A stretch of 64,000 bases of DNA. It comes from Planctomycetota bacterium. Its GTDB lineage: Bacteria > Planctomycetota > UBA1135 > UBA2386. The stretch is from contig OZ245006.1 of NCBI GenBank assembly GCA_965223545.1, positions 2,976,001 through 3,040,000 on the forward strand. Direction: 5' to 3'. Positions within the stretch are counted from its first letter, which is position 1. Every line of letters starts with the position of its first letter. The position numbers and the translations under genes are program-made. The notes under the pieces were generated by a model that was not told the DNA's origin, ran no database searches, and saw only the letters and a program-made list of their open reading frames with translations. Shown one piece after another: positions 37,788 to 48,474 of this stretch.

Positions 37788-39527
37788 GTGACAACGACGT
37801 TCGCTCAGGCGCGCGTGATCACGATCCGCGCCCAAGCGATCAGCCACGCCGCGCAGTCGGCCGGCCTCCCTCCCATCGACGTGCAGCAGGGCGAACCGCG
37901 CGTGATGGAGGAGGTGCGTGACGGAGAAACCGTCGAACACGTCCTCGTCGACCTGGAGATCACGTTCGCACCGATCCGGCTGGACACCTATCAGCTGGTT
38001 GGCTGGAAGAGCGCGACGAGCGTCACGGCATGCCTGGGGGAGGACCCCAATCAGCTGCTGGGTCGGGCTCCGACCTGTGACCATTGCCCGGATCACGCGG
38101 TTCACGAGGGCCTTTGGGTCGTGCGGAAGGTCGACGAGCCGGACGAGACCTTCCAAGTCGGACAGCTGTGTGTTCGCGAGGCGTTCGCCCACGTAGGCGA
38201 GCCACTCGAGCGGCGCCTCGAGTTTGGTCGGCGAGCCGGCGAGTTGCTCACCGGCTTCGGCTCCGGCTCCGCTCCCCTGGCGTGGGTCGAGGTCTCCCCT
38301 GGCCAAAGCACCGCCGCTTTGGACTCGAGCCCGAACCGCTGGGGGCCCACAGCCCTGGCGGCCGCCGCAATGACCAGCTTGATCGCGCTGCTGTGGCCGC
38401 GCCAATCCTCACCCCCACTGCCCCCCACGCCCGCGCGCCTCGCGCTGTCACCGGCGACCCCGACCCCCGAGCGCCCGCGGCTGGCTTGGCAGCCGGCCAG
38501 CTCGACGGCGCGCCCGGCGACTCCCTCGAACCTCGACGCCGCGCGCAGCGATCTCTTCGACCTACTGACACTCTGGCGCCACGCCGGATCTCGGCGGGCT
38601 CAAGAAGCCATTCTCGATCGGATTCGAGAGCTCGGTGCCGAGGGACGGATGGCGATGCTCACGCTGTTGAGCGACAGCGCCCACCCGCTGCTCCTGGACA
38701 CTCTGCAGGTCGCGCAGCGATTGGATCTCACCGCGGCCCTGCCGTTGGTGGCCCGCATGACGGAGGCAGGCGACGCGTCCTTGCGGGCTGCCGCTGGCGC
38801 CTGTGCTCGCGACCTGGAGCGATCTCACCGACGGAAGTCGACGCTGGCGGGCACCATCAAGGGAACCGGAGACCACGCGGGGCTGGGCCAAGACGCCGAC
38901 TTCCTGCACCACGTCACCTCGGACGCCGAGCTGCTCGCCATCTGCCAGAGCATTCGCCGAGAGGCGAACGAGACATTGCGCATCACCGCGATCAAGGCCC
39001 TGGCACCGCACACCGACCGCCCCCTGGCAGCGGACATGCTCGCCGATCTGCTGGACGATGCGAGCGGGGCGGTGCGAACAACCGCACTGCGCGCCTTCGC
39101 CGACCACCCACAAGAAGACCCGACCAGCGCAACCGCCGCGGGTACTCGTCACGCCCTGCTTCGGGTCGCAAACGACCACCATCGCCCGCTCCTCGAGCGC
39201 GCTGGGGCACTGCAGGCTTTGGAGCGAGGCGCAGCGATCCCGACCGCCCAACTGTTCGTGCTCTCGTCGAGACTCGAGCCGGCGCTTAGAGTGCTGTGCG
39301 CGCGGTGCTTGGTCGTCGCTGGTGACCGGCGCGGTCTTCGCATCGCGATCGACATACTCGGCAACGGCGCGTCGCCCTCGTCATCGGTCGCTCGGGAGGC
39401 ACACCGCGTCTTGGTCGCGGCAGCCGGGACCGATCTGGGTCCCACCGGCGCACACTGGGTCGCATGGGAAGCCGACTTGACGAGCCTGCGGGCTCTCGAG
39501 CTGCCTCCAGCCGGACCGTTGCCCTGA
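37788..39527 (+). CDS. Hypothetical membrane protein: N-terminal Cys/His motif domain, single TM, C-terminal HEAT repeats
   Basis: CDHC...H...C cluster; TM ALAAAAMTSLIALLW; HEAT-like repeats (LRITAIKALA, LLDDASGAVRTTALRAF). GAGGG lies before the GTG at 37788. Confidence 0.6.
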   Translation: MTTTFAQARVITIRAQAISHAAQSAGLPPIDVQQGEPRVMEEVRDGETVEHVLVDLEITFAPIRLDTYQLVGWKSATSVTACLGEDPNQLLGRAPTCDHCPDHAVHEGLWVVRKVDEPDETFQVGQLCVREAFAHVGEPLERRLEFGRRAGELLTGFGSGSAPLAWVEVSPGQSTAALDSSPNRWGPTALAAAAMTSLIALLWPRQSSPPLPPTPARLALSPATPTPERPRLAWQPASSTARPATPSNLDAARSDLFDLLTLWRHAGSRRAQEAILDRIRELGAEGRMAMLTLLSDSAHPLLLDTLQVAQRLDLTAALPLVARMTEAGDASLRAAAGACARDLERSHRRKSTLAGTIKGTGDHAGLGQDADFLHHVTSDAELLAICQSIRREANETLRITAIKALAPHTDRPLAADMLADLLDDASGAVRTTALRAFADHPQEDPTSATAAGTRHALLRVANDHHRPLLERAGALQALERGAAIPTAQLFVLSSRLEPALRVLCARCLVVAGDRRGLRIAIDILGNGASPSSSVAREAHRVLVAAAGTDLGPTGAHWVAWEADLTSLRALELPPAGPLP

Positions 39528-39670
39528 CAGGCAGACAACGCCGCGGCGCCGGAGGCCCGGAGAGACAGTGCAGACGCCTCCCGCGCGATTGCCGAAAAGA
39601 GCAACAGGTTCCCGGCGCCCGTGTCGATAGATCCGGCGACAGATCGCGCAGCTCGCCTCGATTCCGCCAC

Positions 39671-40093
39671 ATGCACCGATCACAGCGAAGACTGGGACAA
39701 GCGGGTTGGAGCTTGGCGGAAGCCCTGATGGCAACCGTCGTCTTGAGCATCGTCGTCCTGGCTTTGATCCAGACACAGGCCTCGAACCTGTCGGCATCGC
39801 TCGAGAACCGAGAGCTCGTCATCGCGGCCAACGAGCTCAATCTCTGCATGGAGGACGCCCGCTCGAGAACGGTCCGCGACCTGTTGTCGGCCAGCAGCCC
39901 CTTTCAGCCCGGCCTGCCGATCGCCGGCTACCAGGACCGCGTCCTGCGCGACCAGGTCGTACATGTCCAGTTCCCCGGCTACACCCCCGGAGCTCCGGCG
40001 CCTGCCCGCTTGACGGTCGAGCTCACCATTACTTGGTCCGGCCACAAGAAGCGCGTGCGCCGGTTGACCTCGTCCTCGATCGTCGCACCATGA
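39671..40093 (+). CDS. Type IV pilus minor pilin (PilV-like)
   Basis: Class III signal AG|WSLAEALMATVVLSIVVLAL with Glu5. Confidence 0.75.
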   Translation: MHRSQRRLGQAGWSLAEALMATVVLSIVVLALIQTQASNLSASLENRELVIAANELNLCMEDARSRTVRDLLSASSPFQPGLPIAGYQDRVLRDQVVHVQFPGYTPGAPAPARLTVELTITWSGHKKRVRRLTSSSIVAP

Positions 40094-40689
40094 AGCGGGA
40101 CTCGGGCCCGAGTCAACGCACCGGCTTCGCCCTGGTAGAGGTGGCCATGGCCGGGGCCCTGCTGGCACTCCTCGCCGCCGCCGCGGCCGCGACCATGCAC
40201 CGAGCAGGCTCGCTGAATCGCGCGATCCACGAGCACGATGCCTTCTTTCGGCGCGGAACCGCAGCGCTGCGCGGCATCGTGGAAGACATCAGACGCAGCT
40301 CCTTCCGGCCCTCCGCCGGCGTCTCGTACCCGGCGGTGACCGACGTGACCGTCACGCAAACCGGCCAAACCCACCGCCAAATGGCGTTTCTGGTGCCGCG
40401 CGACGCGAACGGCGACCGCATCCCCGATCTCTCCTCCGGCAGCGTCCTGTGGAGTTCGACACCAGTGACCTACGGCGTCGACCATCACCATGGCCGCACG
40501 CGCCTGCTGCGCACACAGGACGGCCAGCCCCGCGTCGTGCTCGACTCCGTGCAGAGCGTCCGCTTCGACACACCGGAGAGCTCCGGCTGGACGGTCCCGT
40601 TCGGTTGCGTCCGCATCGAGATCTCTCTACTCGACCCATCCGGTCGGACTCGAGCCCTTTCCGCCGTCGTACGACTCCTGAACTCGTGA
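40090..40689 (+). CDS. Type IV pilus minor pilin (PilW/GspJ-like)
   Basis: TG|FALVEVAMAGALLALL with Glu5; ATGA coupling. Confidence 0.75.
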   Translation: MKRDSGPSQRTGFALVEVAMAGALLALLAAAAAATMHRAGSLNRAIHEHDAFFRRGTAALRGIVEDIRRSSFRPSAGVSYPAVTDVTVTQTGQTHRQMAFLVPRDANGDRIPDLSSGSVLWSSTPVTYGVDHHHGRTRLLRTQDGQPRVVLDSVQSVRFDTPESSGWTVPFGCVRIEISLLDPSGRTRALSAVVRLLNS

Positions 40690-42485
40690 GCACACACGAA
40701 TCTCGCATCCCCGTGAACGCCGTGCGAACCACCTGCGAGAGCGGCAGCGCGCTGGTCGTGGCCGTCGTACTGGCGGCCGTGGTGATGGGAATGATCGTCG
40801 CCTCGACCCTCTCCACACTCGCATCGACGCGCATCGCCCGCACGCACGCGACGAAGATGCGCACCGACCACTTGGCGGAATCGGCGTTCGGCCTGATCGG
40901 CGACGTGATCATCGATGCCAGCCAGCGCGGGCAACCACCACCGACGGAGGGTGTGGTCAACGTAGCGGGGCACAGCGTCTACTACCGGGTCGCCCTCGGC
41001 TCCGGCCCGCACTCGCTCACGGATGCTGCTGGATTGGCCACCGAGTCCACGATCTACCGGACCGACTCTACGGCGCGATCCGGCCAGGTCGCCAGCACGA
41101 GGGGAGCCTGGTTGGCGGTGAACGCGACACCGTTGTTCCAGCACGCGGTGTTCTACGAGAACGACTTGGCGATCACTCCTACGCCGCCCATGACCGTTAC
41201 CGGTCGAATCCACACCAACTCGGACCTTTACTTGGCGAGCTGGGGCAACGACATCCACCTCAACTCCAACCACGTCCAGGTCGTCGGCCGGGTCCACCGA
41301 CGCTTTCAACCGGGGGGGACGATCTCCTCCGCCAACGACGTCTGGGTGCGGCGCTGGATCGACGACGTGTTCGACACCGGCAAACCGGCTGCGTACGTCG
41401 CCTTGGAAAACGTGACTTCGCTGACCGCGCTCGGTGTTCCCAGTGTTGCCGGCTACGACTCGGAGTTCCAAGGCTTCGACGCCAACGGGGACGGAGACTT
41501 CGGCGACGCGGGCGACTGGCCACCCTTTCTGATCGGCTCGCTGGACCGATACGCCGATCCCCTCGGTTCCGGACAAACGACCCTGCGCGTCGGCGGGAAC
41601 GGTGCCACTCAGGGTACCCCTCCGACTCCGGAGACGACGGATCCCTTTGTTCCCGACCCGAGCGGCGACTACGAGTGGGACGCGGCATCGCATCGCTTCG
41701 TCGCGTCCGTGGCACCCGGCACCGGCACGCACGCTCGGGGCTCGTACAACGGAGACGCAGGACTCCGCGTACTCGTGCACGGTGATGCCAGTGGTTTCGT
41801 CGCCGAACACTCCGGCGCGGACGTGACAGCGTCCCTCTCGACCGCGATCTCCGTCGACGCCATCTACGACTATCGCCAGGGTGGCTACAGCCCGGTCGTA
41901 CGCATCGACGTCGGTGCGCTCAACGCCAGTGGCCAGTTCCCGGCAAACGGCCTCCTCTTCGTCGCCCATCACACCATGGGCAACGGGACCCTGGCCAAGG
42001 GCGTCGAGCTCCACAACGCGAGCCAGCTCGCTGGACCGCTTACGGTGGTCACGGATGGCCCGGCCTACCTCAACGGTGACTACAACACGATCTCGCCCGT
42101 GCCCGCGGCGGTGATCTGCGACGCGATCAACCTGCTGTCGAACTCGTGGGTCAACGACCACACGATCTACACGATCGCGACCGACACGACGTACAACGTC
42201 GCCATCGCGACCGGCGATACCCCCCTCACGAGTTCGACGTACAACGGCGGGCTCGAGAACCTGCCCCGCTTTCACGAAGACTGGCTGACGGGATCCGCCG
42301 TCTGCCGGGTGTTCGGCTCGATCTGCGTGTTGTGGTACTCGCGATACGCGGACGCACCTTTCACGTACACCCGGCGCGCACCACCGGTGCGCGACTATCG
42401 CTACAATCCGGACTTCGACGACCCGACCAATCTCCCGCCGTTCACGCCGCGGATCATCCGAGCAGAGACCCTCGCATCCTGGTAG
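40686..42485 (+). CDS. Large PilX/GspK-like pilin with extended C-terminal domain
   Basis: SG|SALVVAVVL lacking Glu5, as is typical of PilX. LFQHAVFY...GRIHTNSD, GGLENLPRFHEDW and PPFTP motifs; GTGA coupling. Confidence 0.75.
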   Translation: MSTHESRIPVNAVRTTCESGSALVVAVVLAAVVMGMIVASTLSTLASTRIARTHATKMRTDHLAESAFGLIGDVIIDASQRGQPPPTEGVVNVAGHSVYYRVALGSGPHSLTDAAGLATESTIYRTDSTARSGQVASTRGAWLAVNATPLFQHAVFYENDLAITPTPPMTVTGRIHTNSDLYLASWGNDIHLNSNHVQVVGRVHRRFQPGGTISSANDVWVRRWIDDVFDTGKPAAYVALENVTSLTALGVPSVAGYDSEFQGFDANGDGDFGDAGDWPPFLIGSLDRYADPLGSGQTTLRVGGNGATQGTPPTPETTDPFVPDPSGDYEWDAASHRFVASVAPGTGTHARGSYNGDAGLRVLVHGDASGFVAEHSGADVTASLSTAISVDAIYDYRQGGYSPVVRIDVGALNASGQFPANGLLFVAHHTMGNGTLAKGVELHNASQLAGPLTVVTDGPAYLNGDYNTISPVPAAVICDAINLLSNSWVNDHTIYTIATDTTYNVAIATGDTPLTSSTYNGGLENLPRFHEDWLTGSAVCRVFGSICVLWYSRYADAPFTYTRRAPPVRDYRYNPDFDDPTNLPPFTPRIIRAETLASW

Positions 42486-42591
42486 GAACGCACACGGGGT
42501 CCACGCGGCCTCGACCGCAACCGGACTCGGATCGTTCCACGACGGCGAGGGTGTCCGGATGCCCGCGCCGCGATACCGCCTCAAGTGTCTG

Positions 42592-42615
42592 AGCGTCCTA
42601 GGCCGATAGGACGCT
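42592..42615. promoter_or_regulatory. Palindromic operator, probably for the YtrA-type GntR regulator
   Basis: Perfect 9-bp inverted repeat AGCGTCCTA-ggccga-TAGGACGCT ending 6 nt before the ATG; an extra TAGGAC half-site at 42616-42621. Confidence 0.6.
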
Positions 42616-42621
42616 TAGGAC

Positions 42622-43023
42622 ATGAACGACTTCACCGTGGACCCGCGCGCCGCGGTCTCGCCATCCCGGCAGATCCTCGAGCGCGCTCTGGACGCGATCG
42701 CGGCCGGGGAGATCGGCGCCGGAGAACGCCTGCCGCGCGTACGCGCGTTTGCCGCGCAGGTCCTGGTCAACCCGAACACGGTGAGCAAGGCATACCGCGA
42801 GCTCGAGGGCATGGGCATCGTCGAGTCGCGCAACGGGTCGGGGGTGTTCGTCACCGAGGACGGCCCCGCGCTGGCACGCCGCCGGCGCAGCGACGCGACC
42901 CTGTCGGCGCTGCGCGCGGCGGCCGTCACGGCGCTGCGCGCCGGACACGACCCGGAGACCATCATGCAGACCGTATCGCAGGCGGCGAACGCTCGGCCTG
43001 TGCCGGAAGGAGAGTTGAAATGA
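42622..43023 (+). CDS. GntR family transcriptional regulator (YtrA subfamily)
   Basis: GERLPRVR, VNPNTVSKAYRELE and GSGVFV; short C-terminus; precedes an ABC ATPase. Confidence 0.9.
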   Translation: MNDFTVDPRAAVSPSRQILERALDAIAAGEIGAGERLPRVRAFAAQVLVNPNTVSKAYRELEGMGIVESRNGSGVFVTEDGPALARRRRSDATLSALRAAAVTALRAGHDPETIMQTVSQAANARPVPEGELK

Positions 43024-43754
43024 ACCACCCCGTCGCCGCGCTACACGCGCGTGACCTCGAGCTGAGCTTCGGCAGTGTGCGCGTCCTCCGCGCGCTATCG
43101 GTTTCCGTGCCACCGGGCCTGGTCACCGTGCTGCTCGGGGCCAATGGAGTCGGCAAGTCGACCCTCCTGCGGCTGGCGCTCGGCACTCTGCGGCCCACCG
43201 CCGGCGGCCTCACCGTGCTCGGTCGCGACCCGGTGCGCGAGGCCCGCGCCGTGCGCGAACGCGTGGGCTACGTGCCGGACACGCCGGACGCCTACGCCTG
43301 GATGACCCCGCGCCAGTTCTACCGGTTCTTGGCCCCCCAGTACCCGACCTGGAGTCACAAGGTGCAAGCCGAGCACTCCGCCACCCTGGGGGTGCCGCTC
43401 GACACGCGGTTCGGCGAGCTTTCTCGCGGCCAGGGCACGAAGGCGATGCTGGTCGCGGCCCTCGCGCCGGAACCGGAGCTGCTGCTGCTCGACGAGCCCT
43501 TCGCCGGTCTCGATCCGCTGGCGCGCGAGCAAGTGCTGCGGACCGTGATCGACAGCCTGCGGGAAGACGGCCGCACGATCCTGTGCGCCACCCATGATCT
43601 CGACGTGGCGGCGAGCATCGCCGACCGAGTCGCGGTGCTCGCCGGCGGCCAGGTGGCGACCCACGGCACCGTCGAAGAGGTGCTCGGCACCGAGCAACCC
43701 ACGCACATTCCGACGCGCTTGGCGCACACTCTGGCACTCGCCGAGGCCCGATGA
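43020..43754 (+). CDS. ABC transporter ATP-binding protein (YtrB/ABC-2 type)
   Basis: GANGVGKST, LSRGQ, LLLLDEP and THD. Confidence 0.9.
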   Translation: MNHPVAALHARDLELSFGSVRVLRALSVSVPPGLVTVLLGANGVGKSTLLRLALGTLRPTAGGLTVLGRDPVREARAVRERVGYVPDTPDAYAWMTPRQFYRFLAPQYPTWSHKVQAEHSATLGVPLDTRFGELSRGQGTKAMLVAALAPEPELLLLDEPFAGLDPLAREQVLRTVIDSLREDGRTILCATHDLDVAASIADRVAVLAGGQVATHGTVEEVLGTEQPTHIPTRLAHTLALAEAR

Positions 43755-45610
43755 TGAGCATCGCCAGCACTCTGGTGGCGATCGAGCTCCACGCCGAGCG
43801 GCGCGGCCGCCGCGTGGCGTTCGCCGGCGCCGCCATCACCGCCGCTGCCATCGCGGCGATCGCGCCGGCCCAGGGCAACGCCCACCACAACACGATCGCC
43901 TGGTGCGCCACGGCGGCGGTGGCGTGGGTCCTCGTGGTGGTCGCGTGCGAAGGCATGCCACGCGATCAGCGAGGCGGCCAGCTCGAGCTCCACCGGCGCC
44001 TGCCCGCCGGCATCCTCTGGACCGGCGGCGCCAAGATCGCGGCCGCCGGCGGAGTCACCGCCATGGCGGCCGCCCTCGCCGTGCTCGTCGGCGCCTTCAC
44101 GCTCGGCGCGCTGCACGACGTGCCCCTCGGTACGACCGCACCGCTCGCCGTGCGCAGTGGACTGGCGGCGGCGGTCGCCGGTTGCGGCATCTGCGGTCTC
44201 GGAGTGGCGGTTTCGACCTGGCTGCCGCGCGGCTCGCTGGCGGCGGCCGCAACCGCCCTGCTCGCCGCCACCGCGATCATGCCCTTCCTGTTGGCGCGCG
44301 CCACCAACGGTTGGTTCGCCCCACCCCGCACCGATCTCGCTCTGTTGCTCATCGGCGTCCTGCCGGCGCTGGGCCTGGCGGTGGCATGGCGGTCGCTCGC
44401 CGGGCTGCGTTGGTCCAGTGGAGCGGTCGGGCCCGCGCACGGCGGGATTCCCGTCGCGCTCGCCGGAATCGCCTTGCTGTCGGGGTGGTATTGGGCCCGC
44501 GCCGACGCGTGGGACCGAGTCCGCCCGCTGGACCCGCGCTTCACGATCAGCTCCGGTGTGGTCGGCGCAGGCGCCCAGCGCGCGTTTCTCGATGTGCTCG
44601 GTGCCGGCGGCCGCTACGCGTTGACCGTCGACCTCGAGAACGGAGACTACTGGCAGCAGCGAGGAGCTCTGGTCGGCACGCTGGGTCTGGACCATCGCAG
44701 TCCGGGCCAGCACGCGATCGTGCTCCGCTCACGACACACGGGTGACGACCCCGACGGCTGGCAGCACGAGCTCCTGGACGGCACCAGCGGCGGACGCATC
44801 GCCGGGCCCGGCCCCCTCGCGGCCATCGTCGCTGCGCACGCCGCGGCAGCACACCGCAGCTTGCGAGACAACGCCCCGTTTCGCCGGCGGGACGGCCGCC
44901 GCGTCTGGTGGCTGCTGCAGGTCCCCTACGTCGACGACGGCGGGGCTTGGACCGCCATGCCGTGGGCACCGGGCCTTCGACCGTGGGTGCGTCGTGGTGA
45001 CGCCGTCAAGGTCGACGGCCACACCAAGATCTACGACATTCACAGTGGGCGACTCTGGGACGACACCGGCCCCACCCTCCGCAATGGCTGGTGCCGCGCG
45101 GGACACTGGTTGGTCCCCCGCCTCGACCGGCAGTCGGCGACGCCGGCCTGGGATCTACTCGATCCGACCGATGGCGCGCGGCGCGCGTGCCCGGTGCTGG
45201 ACGGCGTCGATCGCATCGTCGCCAATCTCGACAACGACCGCGTGCTCGCGCACGGCATCGACGGCGCGGTGTGGTGTATCCACCCCGAGGGCAACCACCG
45301 CCGAGCAGTCACCCTGCGCGGCGCACCGCTGCGCACGCCGCGCATCGCCTGGCCGGCGGTGTCGCCGGTGTGGACACCGACGGGTCAGGCGGTACTCACC
45401 GCGTCACTCGCCGGGCGCCCGACCATCGTAAGGCTCGATCCGCACACCGCCATGCTCACCCCCGGTCCCGCCGCGCCAGCCGGTGAGGTGATGGCGTGCA
45501 TCGATGACGACACGCTGATCGTCCACACCAAGTCCACGGTGGAGCGCTGGGGCTTCACCCCGGCTTCGCGCACCGTCTTGTTCCCGCGCGGCGAGGGAGT
45601 CGCCCGATGA
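43751..45610 (+). CDS. ABC-2-type permease-like membrane protein with large C-terminal soluble domain
   Basis: About 7 N-terminal TMs, then a beta-rich domain; coupled to the ATPase; paralog of the next gene. Confidence 0.6.
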   Translation: MMSIASTLVAIELHAERRGRRVAFAGAAITAAAIAAIAPAQGNAHHNTIAWCATAAVAWVLVVVACEGMPRDQRGGQLELHRRLPAGILWTGGAKIAAAGGVTAMAAALAVLVGAFTLGALHDVPLGTTAPLAVRSGLAAAVAGCGICGLGVAVSTWLPRGSLAAAATALLAATAIMPFLLARATNGWFAPPRTDLALLLIGVLPALGLAVAWRSLAGLRWSSGAVGPAHGGIPVALAGIALLSGWYWARADAWDRVRPLDPRFTISSGVVGAGAQRAFLDVLGAGGRYALTVDLENGDYWQQRGALVGTLGLDHRSPGQHAIVLRSRHTGDDPDGWQHELLDGTSGGRIAGPGPLAAIVAAHAAAAHRSLRDNAPFRRRDGRRVWWLLQVPYVDDGGAWTAMPWAPGLRPWVRRGDAVKVDGHTKIYDIHSGRLWDDTGPTLRNGWCRAGHWLVPRLDRQSATPAWDLLDPTDGARRACPVLDGVDRIVANLDNDRVLAHGIDGAVWCIHPEGNHRRAVTLRGAPLRTPRIAWPAVSPVWTPTGQAVLTASLAGRPTIVRLDPHTAMLTPGPAAPAGEVMACIDDDTLIVHTKSTVERWGFTPASRTVLFPRGEGVAR

Positions 45611-47442
45611 TCGCCGTCTTTCGCGCACACTGCCTGACCGAGCTGCGCCAACAGCGCACGGTCTGCGTTGCCATCGCCCTGTTGGCGCCGATCGGAGCAG
45701 TCGCGCTCTGCCTCCTGCCCGCACCGAGCCTCGGCTACCGCGGCCCGCTGCTGGCGGGCCTGTGCATGCTGGCACTTCTGGTGTGCGGCGCCTCCGACGC
45801 CATCCCCATGGACCTGCGCGGTCCGCAGCGCCGGCTGCTGCCGCGGCTGCCCCGCGGCGCCGGCCCCGCGCTGGCAGCCAAGTTGACCGTGCTCGCCGCT
45901 TCCACCGTCGCGATCGGTGTGTGGGGCTGGTGCTGCGGAGCCAACGCCAGCCGCACTCTCCTGGGCCACGACCTCGGCAGCTTGTTCGAAGGCGTACAGA
46001 CCGACCTGCTGCTGGCGCTGGGCGCCGCGACGTGCGCGAGCACCACCTGGTTGCTGGCGTTGTCGGCTTGGTGGCGGCGCCCGGGTGCTGCCATCGGCGG
46101 CGTGAGCGCGGCGATCGCCGCGTACCACACGGTTCCCTGGCTGCTCGGCATGCAGGCCGATCTGCGGGGCTGGTTCGGGTTCACCACCGGTTGGACGATG
46201 GCCGCGCTCAGTGGCGGCGCCGCCGCGTGGACTGCCTACCGATGCGGAGCCACTGGCGATCGCCAGCGCGGGCGTGGCCTGCTGCGCGCCGGCTTCGTCT
46301 GCGCCGCGGTCGCACCGTTCTGCTGGCACGGCGGCACCCGCGCCACCGCCTGGTTCAACCCCGATCCGCGCGCCGCCGGCTTCGCCATCGACCACTGCTA
46401 TGCCTCCACCGACGGAGCGACGGTGTTCGCCAACGTCCGCGATCGGCGCGTCCCCGCGGCGCACAACGCGCTGCGCATCGCGGTCGCCGACGGCAGCTAC
46501 GAGCACGCCGGGGCGGCCGGCTCGGAATGGGGCCCAGTCTGGCCGCGCAGCCTGCTGGCGACGCCCCAGCGCACGGGACAGCGCATCCTGCAACTGGCGG
46601 CCCGCGACGGCACCACTGCGGAAGTGATCGACACCCAAACGGGCAGGCGACTCGCTCACGGGCGCGCCGACGCCGCCGTCGCAGCCTGGTTTCGCCAGCT
46701 GACCCGGGTCGACCTCCCCGACGGCGGCACCTTCCACCTCGACCTCGCGTTCCGTCCCGACCACAGCCGCTTCAGTGCCGAGCAGTGGGTTGTCCATCGC
46801 CATGGCAAGCCACGGGTCGTTTTGCCGGTCGGTCGCAACGCCACCGCCCGGCTGGTCGGCACGGGACTGCGCATCGATCGACGCTGGACTTCCACCGGTG
46901 AGCTGGTCGCGCAGATCGTCGACTTCACGCGCGACAGCACCGAGCCATTCCTGCTGCCCCGCGACGCGAGCTACGTCGTCCGCCCGGGCCGTTGGCTGTG
47001 TCGACGCAGTACCGACCCCACCGGCCGCCCCATCGCACCGCGCTGGACTCTGTTCGATCCCCACACCCAAACCCACGACGAGGCACCGGGCATGTTGGCA
47101 AGCGACCTCCGCGCGTTGCCGTTGGACGACTGGCGCGTGCTCGTGTTCACCCGGCGACACGAAGCCTGGGTCGCGGACACGCGCAGCGGGGGGCGGCGCC
47201 GACTCGCGCGCGACTCCTGGCCGGTCGGCATGCGCACTCCAGCGGGGGCGGAGATCCTCTGGATCGGCCGCCGCCTGGCGCGCCTGGACAGCGAGAACGA
47301 GACGCTGGCACAGACCCGCGAACACGGCGAAGCTATCCGGCCGATCGCGTGCCTGGACGAGGACACCGTACTCGTCCACACCGAGCGGCAGATCCTCCAG
47401 CTCCGCTTCGGCAGCGACTCGGCCCGCGTCTTGTTTCCGTGA
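45607..47442 (+). CDS. ABC-2-type permease-like membrane protein with large C-terminal soluble domain (paralog)
   Basis: Same architecture as the upstream gene; shared C-terminus AC[IL]D[DE]DT..VHT...VLFP. Confidence 0.6.
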   Translation: MIAVFRAHCLTELRQQRTVCVAIALLAPIGAVALCLLPAPSLGYRGPLLAGLCMLALLVCGASDAIPMDLRGPQRRLLPRLPRGAGPALAAKLTVLAASTVAIGVWGWCCGANASRTLLGHDLGSLFEGVQTDLLLALGAATCASTTWLLALSAWWRRPGAAIGGVSAAIAAYHTVPWLLGMQADLRGWFGFTTGWTMAALSGGAAAWTAYRCGATGDRQRGRGLLRAGFVCAAVAPFCWHGGTRATAWFNPDPRAAGFAIDHCYASTDGATVFANVRDRRVPAAHNALRIAVADGSYEHAGAAGSEWGPVWPRSLLATPQRTGQRILQLAARDGTTAEVIDTQTGRRLAHGRADAAVAAWFRQLTRVDLPDGGTFHLDLAFRPDHSRFSAEQWVVHRHGKPRVVLPVGRNATARLVGTGLRIDRRWTSTGELVAQIVDFTRDSTEPFLLPRDASYVVRPGRWLCRRSTDPTGRPIAPRWTLFDPHTQTHDEAPGMLASDLRALPLDDWRVLVFTRRHEAWVADTRSGGRRRLARDSWPVGMRTPAGAEILWIGRRLARLDSENETLAQTREHGEAIRPIACLDEDTVLVHTERQILQLRFGSDSARVLFP

Positions 47443-47486
47443 GGGTCGCGTCGCTGCTTCGCCGCGGCGCGCCTGCAAACGCACCG

Positions 47487-48461
47487 ATGACCGACGTCTT
47501 GACGCGAATCCGCCGTGCCACCGGGGCCGATGAAGTCATCGCTGGTGAGCGGATTCAATCGCTCTGGAGTGGCTATGGCGAAATCCGCCGCTACCACCTC
47601 CGCGGCGCCGCGGTGGCGAGCGTCGTCGCCAAGCTCGTACGCCCTCCCGACCAGCGCAGGCACCCGCGCGGCTGGGACGGCGACCACGGCCACCGCCGCA
47701 AGCTACGCTCTTACGAAGTCGAGACCGCGTGGTACCGCGGCCTCGCCCGGCGCTGTGATGCGGCGTGCCGCGTCGCCCGTGCGTACGACTGCACGGCGGA
47801 CGACAACGGCTGGCTCCTGGTGCTCGAGGATCTCGACGCCTCGGGCTACGTCCACCGTCGTTCGCGCGCCACCACTTCGGAACTGCGCGCCTGCCTCGGC
47901 TGGTTGGCCGCGTTCCACGCCACGTTCCTGGGCGTCACTGCCGAAGACCTGTGGCCGACCGGCACCTATTGGCACCTGGCGACCCGCCCCGAGGAGCACG
48001 CCGCGACGCGCGACCCGGAGCTACGCGCCGCCGCCCCGGCGCTCGACGCCGCCCTGCACGCCGTCCGCCACCGGACGCTGGTGCACGGCGACGCCAAGAT
48101 CGCCAACTTCTGCTTCGCCGAGGACGGCGGCGTCGCGGCGGTCGATTTCCAGTACGTCGGGGGTGGCTGCGGGGTCCAGGACGTGGCCTACCTGTTCAGC
48201 AGCTGCCTCGACGAAGAGCAGTGCGAGCTCCGGGCAGACGAGCATCTCGACCACTACTTTCAATGCCTGCGCCGGACCCTCGCGCAGCGCTCCACGACGG
48301 TCGACCTCGACGCCCTGGAGGCGGAGTGGCGTGCCGCCTACCCGCTGTCATGGGCGGACTTCGTGCGCTTCTTGGCGGGCTGGGCGCCCGAACACACCAA
48401 GCTGCACGGCTACAGCTGGCGGATGACCAAGGCCGCGCTGGCGGCGATCCGCGCCCGCTGA
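47487..48461 (+). CDS. Aminoglycoside/choline kinase-like phosphotransferase
   Basis: [27 protein letters not shown] and DFQYVG. Confidence 0.85.
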   Translation: MTDVLTRIRRATGADEVIAGERIQSLWSGYGEIRRYHLRGAAVASVVAKLVRPPDQRRHPRGWDGDHGHRRKLRSYEVETAWYRGLARRCDAACRVARAYDCTADDNGWLLVLEDLDASGYVHRRSRATTSELRACLGWLAAFHATFLGVTAEDLWPTGTYWHLATRPEEHAATRDPELRAAAPALDAALHAVRHRTLVHGDAKIANFCFAEDGGVAAVDFQYVGGGCGVQDVAYLFSSCLDEEQCELRADEHLDHYFQCLRRTLAQRSTTVDLDALEAEWRAAYPLSWADFVRFLAGWAPEHTKLHGYSWRMTKAALAAIRAR

Positions 48462-48474
48462 CGCGGCGCCGCCG

